Source of the DNA: Callorhinchus milii
Lineage: Eukaryota
Length of the DNA stretch: 64,000 bases
Assembly (NCBI RefSeq): GCF_018977255.1
Contig: NW_024704743.1
Location: forward strand, 48,734,001 to 48,798,000
Reading direction: 5' to 3'
Position numbers and translations under genes: made by a program. Positions 24,669 to 36,418 of the stretch are shown here, piece after piece. Below the pieces are notes generated by a model. It did not search any database. It was not told the origin of the DNA and saw nothing but the letters and a program-made list of their open reading frames with translations. Position 1 is the first letter of the stretch, and each line of letters begins with the position of its first letter.

Positions 24669-25844
24669 GGATTAGTATCAGAGAAACTATCCCAGAGTAG
24701 TGGAGGCTGAGTGTAATAAGCAGCAGAGGCTGGCATCCCCTCTCTATGGCATTAAAACATTTTGCATTATATTTCTAAATATTACATGACTCCTGTAGAT
24801 GTTGCTTTGATAATTGATAAAATATGAGTGCTGTTTCATCCAATATCGATTCACACGTGTAGGTATTCCACTATTAAATCTATGACAATTCATTGATTCC
24901 ATTTCTCTGCCTTGTCTTGATATCCTTCAATATCCTTACTGACCTAGAATCTATCTCCCTCTTTTGAGTGTCTCAGTCAACTCTTATACCTATGGCCTTC
25001 TAAGTCAGTCTCCTTAAAATGTCAAGTTGCAACTTATTTGTTACTGTCCATTTTGAAGGAAGAAAACTAATCTTATACTAATGGAGTGATCTCGTTCGCC
25101 AAATTTCCCTGGTGGTGCATTTTATGCATTAGTGAATGTTAATACACGACTGAGTAAAGCCTGTGGTTCCACCTTGTCTGACCAGCAGTCGTTAATTCTA
25201 GTAAAATCATTTGGATTGAAGAATAAATTCTAAATTGATTCTAAGCTGCAGGTAGGTTTATAAGAGCAGACCAGACATAAGATCCAGAGGACATTGCAAG
25301 TACAGTATTGAGTTTTTGAAAAGCATTTAAGCTGACTTTCCATACCTATTTCACCCATACATATATATCCTAATCCAGTTCTAAAGCACAATCTCACCAT
25401 GGTTAGTTACTTGCCTTAAATATTTGTGTGTGTTGTGTGCGTATCTTTCTCTCTCACACTACGTTTTCAGCCTTCCCAGCTCTATTCTCAAAGCCAACTT
25501 TATAAGTAAATCAATGATCACCCTAAAGTGGTAATTGTTGAACTGACCTTTACTGTTAATGATCATTTTTCATAACCTTTTCATTTTTCAGATACAGGTA
25601 CAATATTCTGGGAAATTGTTAATCTGGTCCATATTTCTATTGTATTCTCCAATTTCTAAACTTAAAATAGATCTGTGTGTGAATAAAGTGCACGAAAGTC
25701 ACTATGAACAATTTATAAACAGTAAGATGCTTCTAGGCATGCACATTTTGAAACAATAAAGCTAATTTATTTAAAAAAAGTTTTTATGTCATTGATAATA
25801 AGATGACAGTATTTAGGACCACTTAGCGGGTTTTGGGAGGAACT

Positions 25845-26100
25845 GATTCTATTGACTAGCTGTTTAATAGGTTCTAAATAATGAGCCATTAATCTAACTT
25901 GTTACATGACTAGTTAACAGACGAACATTAGAAAGCCAAGTATGAGGCAATTGTGAAACCTGCTGTTTAAGTGTGCATTGTGTTTATGGACTGCAAAACT
26001 ATACACTGACATAAATTATCATTAACCTGCCCTTAACTGAGCGGGCTTCCATATAAATTAATGGGGGGGAATAAACGGCTTTTAAAGAACTATACACTTA
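25845..26100. promoter_or_regulatory. Candidate conserved non-coding element / developmental enhancer
   Basis: Non-repeat AT-rich block dense in homeodomain motifs (CCATTAAT, TTTATGG, CATAAAT, TAATTAAT-like). Conservation not verified. Confidence 0.45.
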
Positions 26101-26298
26101 ATTGGAATAGACTGTTTTTGCAATATAGATAGAAACTGGGGACCACTCTTAACAGTGATAAAATCTGTTAGTCTTTCATGGAACATTTCATTTCTTTACA
26201 AAGGATGCCAACATCACTTGCCATTCCAAGCAACATGTACAGAATGTTTGTTGTGTGTTTTCATTTCCAGATTTTAACATTTCACACAGTGAAAAATG

Positions 26299-26730
26299 GA
26301 TAATCCTTCAATTTGATGTTGCATCTTTCACATCAGGAGGATGTTTCAGAGAGCTTCACAGAATTTCCTGTAGGCTGTAGTGACTGTATTTTGTAGGCAA
26401 GCACACAGCCAATTTGTGAACAGCAATGTCCTGCAAACAACCATGAGGTGAAGGATCAATTTTATCTGGGGAATTGTTGGCAAGCAACCAGGGGAAATTC
26501 TTTTCTCTTTTTGAACAGTGCCATAGAATCATTAACGTCCACTTGAACAGGCAAACAGGACCTTGGTTTAATGTCTCATCCAACAGACAGCACCTCCAGC
26601 AACACAACACTTCTACTGATACATTGGAGTGTCAGCCTGGACTGTGTGAGATCAAAGTTCTGTTGTGGGGCTTGAACCCACACTTTTCTGACTCAGAGGT
26701 GAGTGTGCTACCAGCTAAGCCAGGCTGACA
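26299..26730 (-). mobile_element. Old DeuSINE-type SINE (family B)
   Basis: Reverse complement of the 12868/24063 structure. Confidence 0.8.
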
Positions 26731-27184
26731 TCCGTAAATCAATGTTACTTTGTATTTCACTCCAATATTTCTTAATGAATAAAGTAAGCACAATATTAAG
26801 AAGATAAAGAACATTATTAATAGATCATTAATTAGCATAAAGCAATGGATGCTTAATTAATTGCAATAAATAGGTGGTGTGTTATTGCATTGTAAACTAT
26901 ATGACTTGAACAACTTGTTTTTTATCCAAAGATGTGTTAAAATGCATTCTTAGACTTGCTTTTTCTATATTATGCTTAAAGCAAAAATACAGTTTAAAAG
27001 CTAGGAAGTGTATGAGGTAATGGAAATAAATGATAAATACAATTTAGGAGTAGATTGTGTCTCAGACTGAGGTGATGTAATGCTACATTTGCTACCAGGA
27101 AATGGCATGCCTTATGTAAACCAAACACATAAAGATTTGCACAGATTCATAAAGGTGGACACTTTGAATCGAAGGTAAAAAAAA

Positions 27185-27555
27185 CTTGCCTTTTTATTGA
27201 GCCTTATGTAGTAATGTCTCAAAGTGCTTTACAATAATTGTGTAGGCAAATGCGACAGACATTTTGCCCACTGTAAAGTCTCACAAACAGCCAGGAAATG
27301 AATGACCATCCAGATTGCTGACCAGGATGCCTGAGGAAAGACTTTATGAATTGTGTAAACATCTGTATGTCAACAGGCAGATTGTTTTAACATTTTATCC
27401 AAAGGACGGCGTCCCTGACAATTCAGAATTCCTGAGGTACTGCAATGGAGTATAAAATCAGATAATAAACTCAAATCTCAAAGTTGAGGCTTGAAGCCAC
27501 AACCGTCCAAGCTACAGGCGAGAGAGAGCGCTATTATCATCTGAGCCAGGCTGAC
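27185..27555 (-). mobile_element. Highly decayed DeuSINE-type SINE (family B)
   Basis: Recognisable head (CTGAGCCAGGCTGACA) and Deu remnants. Confidence 0.6.
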
Positions 27556-28829
27556 AATCAAGTATTGAGGGAACCCAGCTGGATCATACCATTTTCCATA
27601 CAGAGCCCTACGGGAGCACATAAGATTAGACCTAGTCAATACACTCTGCTTGGATCTAACTGGTTTTACATGCCCCTCCCAACTGCCTCTCTTCCCCCTT
27701 TCCTATTAACTGACTTGACTCACTGTACAACCGATCTGTGATACTATTCCTTCAATGCGAGTGGAGACAGAAATGTCAGAGGCTCAGTGAATAGTGACCG
27801 GGAGCAAAAACCTAGGCAGGAAATGCCGAGGCCTGTTATTATAGCCTCCACTGTTGCTCCTTCTGAGATCAACTAACCTACACAGACCAGGTATTGATCT
27901 GTGTGGTGTGTATGGCTCAATTCCACACCGCACAATATATTTATTCACTGTGCAATTAGTGGAGCTAACACAGGTTTTTAGTAATGAAATAAACCAGACA
28001 TAATGGTGATAAACAAAGGTGCCAGTGTGTTTGGAATACAGATTTTTACAGAATAAATATATTTTATTCCCTTCGCTTTTGAGGGTTGTAATGCACAACC
28101 CTATTTTCGCTACACTTCAGCATGTTTTTTTGAATGGCTACTTTATTAAACTTTAAAGACTTTATTGTTGAAAGCTGTCATTCATTTTATTTTTAAATGT
28201 TAATTAAGTCCATTCAAAGGGAATTTGCTCTTTCACTGTCATTTCTCTTAAAATGAATTTCTCTCCAGAGTCCCGCCAACCCCTGCCCCCACCCCAGCCC
28301 CAGTGTCACTCATAACCCCCACCCCAACCCCAAAGCCCCTACTCTAACACCAACCCCAGCCCCCACCCCAGCAACAAGCCCAGCCTCCGCTCTCACCCCA
28401 TAGCCCACCTCAGACCGAATCAGCTTTAGATCTGATACTATCTCTATAAATCTGTACAACAACATCAACTTCCATCTATATAGCATCCTTCACTACAAGG
28501 TAGCGTCTCAGAGCACTAAAATATATTTGAGGAAAACATCACAAATTCAATCAACCTCCTTCAACCCTCGCACCCCACCCCTCACCCCCCCACCCCGATT
28601 GCACTCCTGCCTGGCTCAGGTTTCCAACCCTTTGTGAAGCTTCTTTGAGACATTTTCTTTCAAGAAAGGCACTACATGAGCACAAGTTGTTGTAGTTCCT
28701 CCTCCACTTTTATTATATATTTTCTCTTCCAATTTCTGCCTAAACTTCCCATAGCGACAGTGAAATATAGCAATGCTCACATCACTGACAAACCTACAGT
28801 GTGTACCGCCTGGCTGCATTCTCAGTTGT

Positions 28830-29950
28830 ATTTTATTTACAGTTTCCGGTGGAGTAATTAGTGTATCATCGTGAATTGTGGCACCAGAAATCCACTCATA
28901 TCTACTAAGCAGAGGGAGAGAGAGGGAAGATTGTATTTATTATACACACAGCGCCCCCCACCACCCCCCCACAACACACACACACACGCGCGCGAGAGAA
29001 AGAGACGCCCTTGAACTCTCAACTCTGGAGAGGTGCCCATTCTCTCCCCTCCCCCTTCGCGAGGCCTCAGATGTTACTGCAGCCCCTGTTTTGGTCCAAC
29101 AAATCCGATCATCTTTTCTATCTACACTATTTCACTGCATTGTGTGTGGATGAGCTTTACTCTAACATTCAGGATGCTATTTTGACTGCAATATCAGTTA
29201 ATATTAAGCAAAGAACACTGTACTGGCATTGCTGCAGTGACACTGAGCTGCTAAAATGTGTCAGCACTGTAAGGGTTAGTACATTTTTCTTTGCAGGAGG
29301 CTTATCAAACGTGATGTTACAGTGACCCCTGGTGGCTATTTGGTGCCTCTACACAAGCACATTACCACATAAATTACTGCGGTCATTCGGTTTTCAGAGC
29401 ATGTTTAATTGCTGCTGCTCTGTTTAATGTAATGCTTTACAGCCAAGGATAAAACATGGTAGATATCGTATCGTCAGAGCTGAACATTGTGCAAATTGCT
29501 TTTCTGGCATCAGGTTTGCAATATGCGTTTCTATTAAAGATGGGGCCAACTCTCTTCCTCTCGCCCTCATGGCTCAGTGAGTTTATTCAGTAAGCAGCTG
29601 AGCAATGTAGCCCAGACTCAGCCAGGCTCTGTGCTGTTATCTTATCTCAGCTGAGGTAGTGCTTGGGTAGCTACAGTTGGCTTCAGTTGCTCTGGCATAC
29701 AGAAGGGGAAATAAAATTGATTTTATTTATAGTCACCAGTGGAGTAAACTACAATATAATTTGTACTATATATCATACTGTACTGTGAATTGTGCCAACA
29801 GAAATTCACTCATGTCTATTAAGTAGAGAGAGAGAGAGGGGGAAGATTGTATTTACTATAGACATACACACAAGAAAAAGAGACAACGTTGAACTTTCAA
29901 CTCTGGAGAGATGCCCATTTTTTCCTTCCCTCCTCTTGCATGTTGCTCCT
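28830..29950 (+). repeat. Diverged direct repeat pair (about 28830-29070 and 29720-29950)
   Basis: Both copies share GTGGAGTAA..GTGAATTGTG..CAGAAAT.CACTCAT.TCTA.TAAG..(GA)n..GGAAGATTGTATTTA..(CA)n..TTGAACT.TCAACTCTGGAGAG.TGCCCATT. Confidence 0.9.
29320..29339 (-). promoter_or_regulatory. CTCF-like motif
   Basis: Minus strand AGCCACCAGGGGTCACTG versus consensus GCCACCAGGGGGCGC. Confidence 0.5.
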
Positions 29951-30884
29951 GATAACTGGCCAGAAAGCCTTGCTGGAAGTCTGCTGTGAGGACCTGGTTG
30001 TGATTCCCTGATGTTCCCTTTTCCACCGTTGGATAAATTGGATAAACTGGCAACAAGTTCACACATAAATAACAGTCACTTGGGTGAGGAGAGAACCTGT
30101 GGAACAATGGAAGAAAAAGGGAATAATAACAGCTTTATAAAGGGAGGGGAGAAAATTGGCCAGGGGAAAAAAGTGAGAGCAGAATAATCTCCTTCAATGT
30201 TGGAAATGCATAAATGATCATTTTATTTTGTTCGGGATTACAGTATGTGGCAAATTCATGAAATATTCCATAATATTTAAAAAGGTGAACAAACTTGGTC
30301 ATCCCTGTGACAAAATGACCTGATTAGAAAAAAAACGGAACCAGCCGTAATGTGCTTATACAATCAGTGAAATATTGCTTCCCAATTAGGTGGTCATGTG
30401 TTTTGAGTTTGCCCTCTTTCTGCTGTTGGAAGTGAGGCGAGTAATTATAAACTATCACACTGCAACAAGCCATTCCTCGTACAGGCAGGTCTAAAACCAG
30501 GACCATTACATTTTTTAAAATAAAAATAACCCTTACAATTGATATAATTCCTTTTGCGTCAGGAGGATGTCTGAAAGTACTTCACAAGGTATACTGTATA
30601 ATTTAATGACTGTATTTTGTAAGCAAATTTGATTGTCAATTTATGCACAACAATGTCCCACGAATAGCCAGGGAGTGAATAACCAGTTTTATTTGGGGGA
30701 TTGTAGTAAGGACACCAGGATAAATTCCCTTTTTGTTTCAAATACTGTATATGTACCAATATGAATGTTGTTACAACTGTGCAGTTTTGTTATTCAAATT
30801 ATTCAATGATACCTAATCCCCAAGTTATACTTATTTTTCTCTAGTTTTCTCCACTTATCCCTCTCTATTGTTATCTCTGTTATG

Positions 30885-31470
30885 CCACCAATTAAAGGAC
30901 ATCACTGCCAAAAGAGGCTGAAGTAGAGATCCACCAGGATGATGCCAGGGATAAGAGGTGAAAGTCAGATTCATAGACATATACAGCACTGAAGAAGGCC
31001 ATTCAGCCCATTGAGTCTGCACTGGCTCTCCGCACAAATTCTTTATTCGATCTTACTGTCCCACCTTACCATCAAACCTGTATAGTTATATGTAGAATAG
31101 AGACTTGAAGAGTTAGGAATGTTATTGCTGAAGAGGAGAAGGTTAAAGGGAGCAATGTAATCAAGGTTTTTCCAAAATTATGAATCACTTTCATAGAGAT
31201 TATTTCCACTGATCCATGAACCAATAACTGGAAGGTTTAATATAAGGATTAACCTCAGGAGAAAAAATGAGGGAGGTTAGAGGATTGTTATTTTTTTTAC
31301 AAATGGTTGTTGAAACTGAAGTTGTCAAAGCAACAAATTTGTTGTTGTTGTTGTTGAATCCATAATAACACTTGAAAGGAAATGTAATGCATACTTAAAC
31401 AAACATAATACAGTACTCGGGATTTGGGAAAGAGCAGAAGGGTGAATCAATGTAGAGAGCTATATTTAAA
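30885..31470 (+). mobile_element. Decayed CR1 3' fragment containing a short reverse CR1-tail insertion (about 30965-31085)
   Basis: CACCAGGATGATGCCAGGG, AATAGAGACTTGAAGAGTTAGG..GAGAAGGTTAAAGGGAG; insert CATAGACATATACAGCACTGAAGAAGGCCATTCAGCCCATTGAGTCTG. Confidence 0.6.
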
Positions 31471-32635
31471 GAGTTATCAATAGAAGAGATATGCAAGGAT
31501 GTAAATGTTTATGGTTCAACAGGATTTTTGGCTCATCGTTCTCCTTTGAGATATTGGAGCTACCACCTCCCATCACTGAAGTCACTCACCACCATCCTGG
31601 CTGAGATCAGCAAACTGAGCAGACACCTGGGTTCAAAATCAGCATCGCTCTGGTCTTTGAAGCTCAATAACACACCACAAGGTAAATTTGCCCAATGCAC
31701 CTATGAAAGAGGAGAAGAGGTGGTGTTTCAATTAATACAGTAATTGCTTTCAGTACTTGAATGCATAACAGAAAAACAGCTAAATATTTCCACAAGTGAA
31801 TGTGTGAGACAGACCCATTGTTAATGCCTGGAGGAGGTTGTGTGGTGTTGGGGTTGAAAACAATGGTGTCTGAAATTACACAGCAGTGGCAGGTCGGCTA
31901 ATACCTGGTGTTTGTCTGGCATCACTTTCAATCTTGACAACAGCTGACTGTTCACAGCAGTTACTTGCGTTGGGTCGTAGTGGGTTTCCTGAAGTGTTAT
32001 ATCACTGACACCCAAGATTCGTGTGCGGTGTGAGTGGACTGCTCCAGGTGCAGACTGGACTCCATGGAATCTAATCTGTGTCATTAGTCTGAGAGCTGCC
32101 ACTTTCTTCTTTAACAATGGAGTGATTCACCGCACTGGAGGCTGCCTTCAACCACTCCACACACTGCATGACTTCTCCAAAGCCCTCAGGTAATAATCCC
32201 AGCAAGAACTCTGGAGGATTGAGAGGCTAGGCTAGAAACTCTGACAATTACACTGTCCATATAAGAGAAGCGCTGACAATATTAATTAATAATAATAATC
32301 CTTAACGCTTTCAGATACTTCCGTCCACGTAGGGAGGACATTTCAAAGCGCCTAACAGGATATAATAATAAAATAATAATCCTTGCATTTGATATAGCAC
32401 CTTATCGTGTCTTCGAAACATCTCGAAGCGCTTCACAGAATATACTGTAAAGTGAATTGACTATATTTTGTGGCCTATCATATCATATTAAAGAGGTAGT
32501 TTAGATTGTCTTCTTTCAATAATAAATGCAAACACGAATTGTCATAAAATATCATTTGCTTATGTTGCAAACGTGTGTCGCCATCACTATATCTGTGTTT
32601 TATATTTTCAGACAATGGTTGATTTGAAGCGTCAC

Positions 32636-32950
32636 AATAATAGTAATAATAATAATTGCACTTGATATATTCACCTTTTCATGTCAGTGAGACGTCTCAA
32701 AGCACTTTACAGGACACACTGTAAAGTGAATTGACTGTATTTTGTGGCTGAATCACAGCAGCCAATTGCGCACAGCAGTGTCTCATAAACAGTCGTGGAT
32801 TGAGTGACCAAATTAGTCGGACAACATCAGAGAGAAACTCCCACTCTTTTCAAGTGGGACCAAGGGATTTTGAACATCCACCTGAACAGGTACAGATGGG
32901 ACCTTGGTTTAACATCTCAGATGAAAGAGTAAAACCTCACACAACTCAGT
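32636..32950 (-). mobile_element. DeuSINE-type SINE, 5'-truncated (family B)
   Basis: (TAA)n tail, GCCAATTGCGCACAGC, ACATCCACCTGAACAGG..TTTAACATCTCA. Confidence 0.75.
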
Positions 32951-33016
32951 ACCGTCCTTTTCTATGAGCTCAGGTGCAGACATCAGGCAGAAACACAAAA
33001 CCTTCTGACCCAGAGA

Positions 33017-33100
33017 TGAGTGAGTGAGCACAAGGGAGTAAGCAAGCCAGAGTGAGTGAGTGAGTGTATGAGTGAGTATGTGAGCAAGTGAGTGAGCGAG
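33017..33100. repeat. Degenerate (GAGT)n simple repeat
   Basis: Visible tandem GAGT units; a shorter run lies at 47552-47583. Confidence 0.85.
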
Positions 33101-36049
33101 CACCCTCGTAAACCGGCGAGCTCTCTCTGGCCTGAGGCCTGAAGGAATGATGCTTGGGTGTGGGCGAGTGGGGGGGTGGTGGGCGGGGGAATGAAAGCAA
33201 TCCACCTTGCGTGTCCCAGCAATAGCTCTGAGTCTCTGAGCTGTATCTCGTGCCAGTTGTAACATCTTCCTCACCACTGTGACTGTTTCCTAGACTTAAA
33301 CTGTTCCCCGGCTTAATCACCCCAATGATTTTCCAATTGTAAACTCATACTGCCAACGTCTGTAAATTTGCCAAAGTTTGGAGAATTTCCCCTAATATGT
33401 TTGTTAATGTAATACAGTAGTCACATATATAGCAATATATATACTTTCATAATTACAATAGCATAACATAACCTTGTTCAACCGACAGTTTAACTGTTAT
33501 AGGTTAACAGTATAATTCATAAAAATATAACGGTATAAATTACTTGGTAAGATTATGGTGTATACTTAGTGTAGTCCTTTGCAGTCTGTATGACAAAAGG
33601 GCCAATCATACGTTTCAGCATTAAGTGTGTGACTTGGACACATCAACAATTTTATATTTATGTAGCATGTTTCATGTTGGGAGGACATCTCAAAGTGCTT
33701 CACAAAGTTAACTGGGAGTTTGAACAGTGTTACTATAAGAATGTACAGACTCGCTAATCAGGCAGCAGATTTAGTGGTGTGTCAATACAGGTTGCTCTCT
33801 CTCTCGATGGGGTGCTGATTTGGGTCTCTGGAGTGTGTCTTTGGCAAGTTATCCATATTCTCCTTCCTTCCTGTTTCACTGACAGTTTTCTTTCACTTCT
33901 ACTTAGTACTTTGTATTTTCTTATGCTGTTAATTTATACTCAGACTTCTACTATAAGTCCCTTGAATTTGACTATTCTGTGATTTACTGTTCAGTTTTCA
34001 CATACCACTCACTAACATTATTACAGTAATGGTAATGGTTATTGAGTGATTGTGAGCTTGGAAACAATTGTCAAGCAGCTTAACAACTTTATTTTATCAT
34101 TTTCAATACCTGAAGGACCAACTCAAACTCTGTGATCAATCATAGCATATCAATCACATCATGCCATTAAACAGCACAGATGAATTCTAGAGATTGTACC
34201 CACCCTGCTAATTTCATCTATAATTTCCTCCCTCACATCTTTTCCTGTGTCAGAGGACTGAGAGTCATATATACTGTTGCTGAAAGTAGTGTTCGGATAT
34301 AAACTCAGTGGGGGTTAGTGTGCTCTGTTTACTGTAGATTCAAGTAAAGTGGTAAGCAGACTCTTTCTTTCAACTCTGCGGAAGCAGAAAACATTTGTTT
34401 AAGCAAATTTATGTTGAATTATGTTGAAAAGGTAATTGAGCTGGTTATGACCTTGTAAAACCATTTGTGATGCAGTGTAGCAAGTCTACGCAGGCTGTTT
34501 ACTCCATTTCTGACCTTGGGCTAAAGCTGCAGTGAATGGGATTATATTTGGAAACTGAGGTTGTCAAATATAACTCATTTTTTATATGCCACTTGGGTTC
34601 CCCCGGGTCACTTTGAAAAGGCTTGACTAGGTCACTATTTGCTTCTGGCAAATATTTAACTGTATTATTTTCCCCAGGTAAACCCCAGGAAAAGTGCATT
34701 ATGAAAGGCCGCTAATTTAATAAAATTGTGCCCAGATACAAATATCCTTGGCTCTTTAGTAACGAGATGGATTTCTCATTCTAAGCAAACACTACCAAAG
34801 GTCAATCATTTTACCAACAAGAGAATAAACCCTGTTACTGAGAACAGATAAATAGTCAGCACCTGCACTTAGATTCCCATTTTTTTCAACAATTACTTTC
34901 CTGTTATAAAAACGGTCCCTCAGAGGGAAACAGTAGATTTGTATAGTACATTGCAATGAGACATAATGAATATTGTATCTAGGAGGAGATACAAGACGCT
35001 TGAGGAAGCTAGAAAGGTAGGGGAGCAGAGCATCAAAAATGCAACATACCCAAGATAACTCAACGTGACCTTCCCCTCCTCCCCATCCCCAAGACTGACA
35101 AAAATCAAAACCTGCTGAGTGTCGAGAGCGATTTCTGTTTTCATTTCAGTTTTCCAGCATCTGTAGTATTTTGCCTTTTGATGAAAGTCGAGTAAGATGA
35201 GAAGTAGAGCCTTTGAAGACTATTACTCACCAGAAGGCTGGTGAGGAACTGTGGCATTTACTGAAGGAAGATGTTCAGACATATTCAAATATTCCAACCA
35301 TTCTCCCTGTGGCTGTCAAGATTACTATTTCCCTGAACTTTTACAGCTGCAAAAATTATATGGTCAGAGCTTTGTTCCAAAAGGCCCCCAGCTACGTTTG
35401 TTTCAACTACAACTGGCAACTGCATCTTAAATGAAAGTGTGTTTGATTTCCACATTAACATAAATAAAGATTTGCATGATGTCCCTGTTATGTCACTCAA
35501 TAGAACTGTCATGGATTTCATAATAATCCTTGCATTTGATATAGAGCATTATCACACTGCCGAGACATCTCAAAGCGCTTCACATAATTTTTTTTACCAT
35601 GAAGTGTAGTGACTGCATATTTATAAATTCATCTGTGCAAAGGGCTGATTCGATCAATGTGCAAATAAACATGTGAATATCCAATAACTTGTTTCATTCA
35701 TTCAGAGCTTCTCCCGATGTCCTGGACACCCAAATAAAATCACCCAAATAAAAATTGGTCTTTACTTCGTGGCTGTTTGTGAGACAATGCTGTGTGCAAA
35801 TGGGGTGTTGCGTTTGTCTACAAATAAGTATGTTATAATAATCCTTGGATTTGACATAGCACCTTATCTCATTGAAACATTGCAAAAGGCTTCACAGTAA
35901 TTACTGTTATAATAATATAATAACATTGTGCACATCTTTATTCATGTTAATCTGAAAATCAAACACACTTTCACTTATGATGCTGTTGCCAGTTGTAATT
36001 GAAACAAATGTAGCTGGGGGCCTTTTGGAACAAATCTCTGACCATATTG

Positions 36050-36418
36050 TTTTTGCAGCATGACACACTGTTGTGTAGTGACTGCGAATTTGTAGGCAAT
36101 GGTCCAGAAATTCTGAACCCAACACATCCCACAAATGACCAGGAATGATCAATGTAACTGGTGGATTTGTTATTCAGGATATTGGGGGAAACTCCCTTCT
36201 CTTTTTGTTGTGGATTTTTTTAACATACTCTGGAACAGGCATATAAAACCTGGGTTCAATGTCTCATCTTAAGAACAGCACCTCCAAAATTCAATTCAAC
36301 CCCAGCTCTGCACTGGAATGTTCGCCTATACCATGAGCACAAAATCCCTGAAACGGGACTTGAACCCACACTTTCTGACCCAGATATAATAGTACTATCA
36401 ACCAAACAAAGATAACAC
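36050..36418 (-). mobile_element. Decayed DeuSINE-type SINE (family B)
   Basis: Reverse Deu core and head (CTTGAACCCACAC..TTCTGACCCAGA). Confidence 0.65.
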
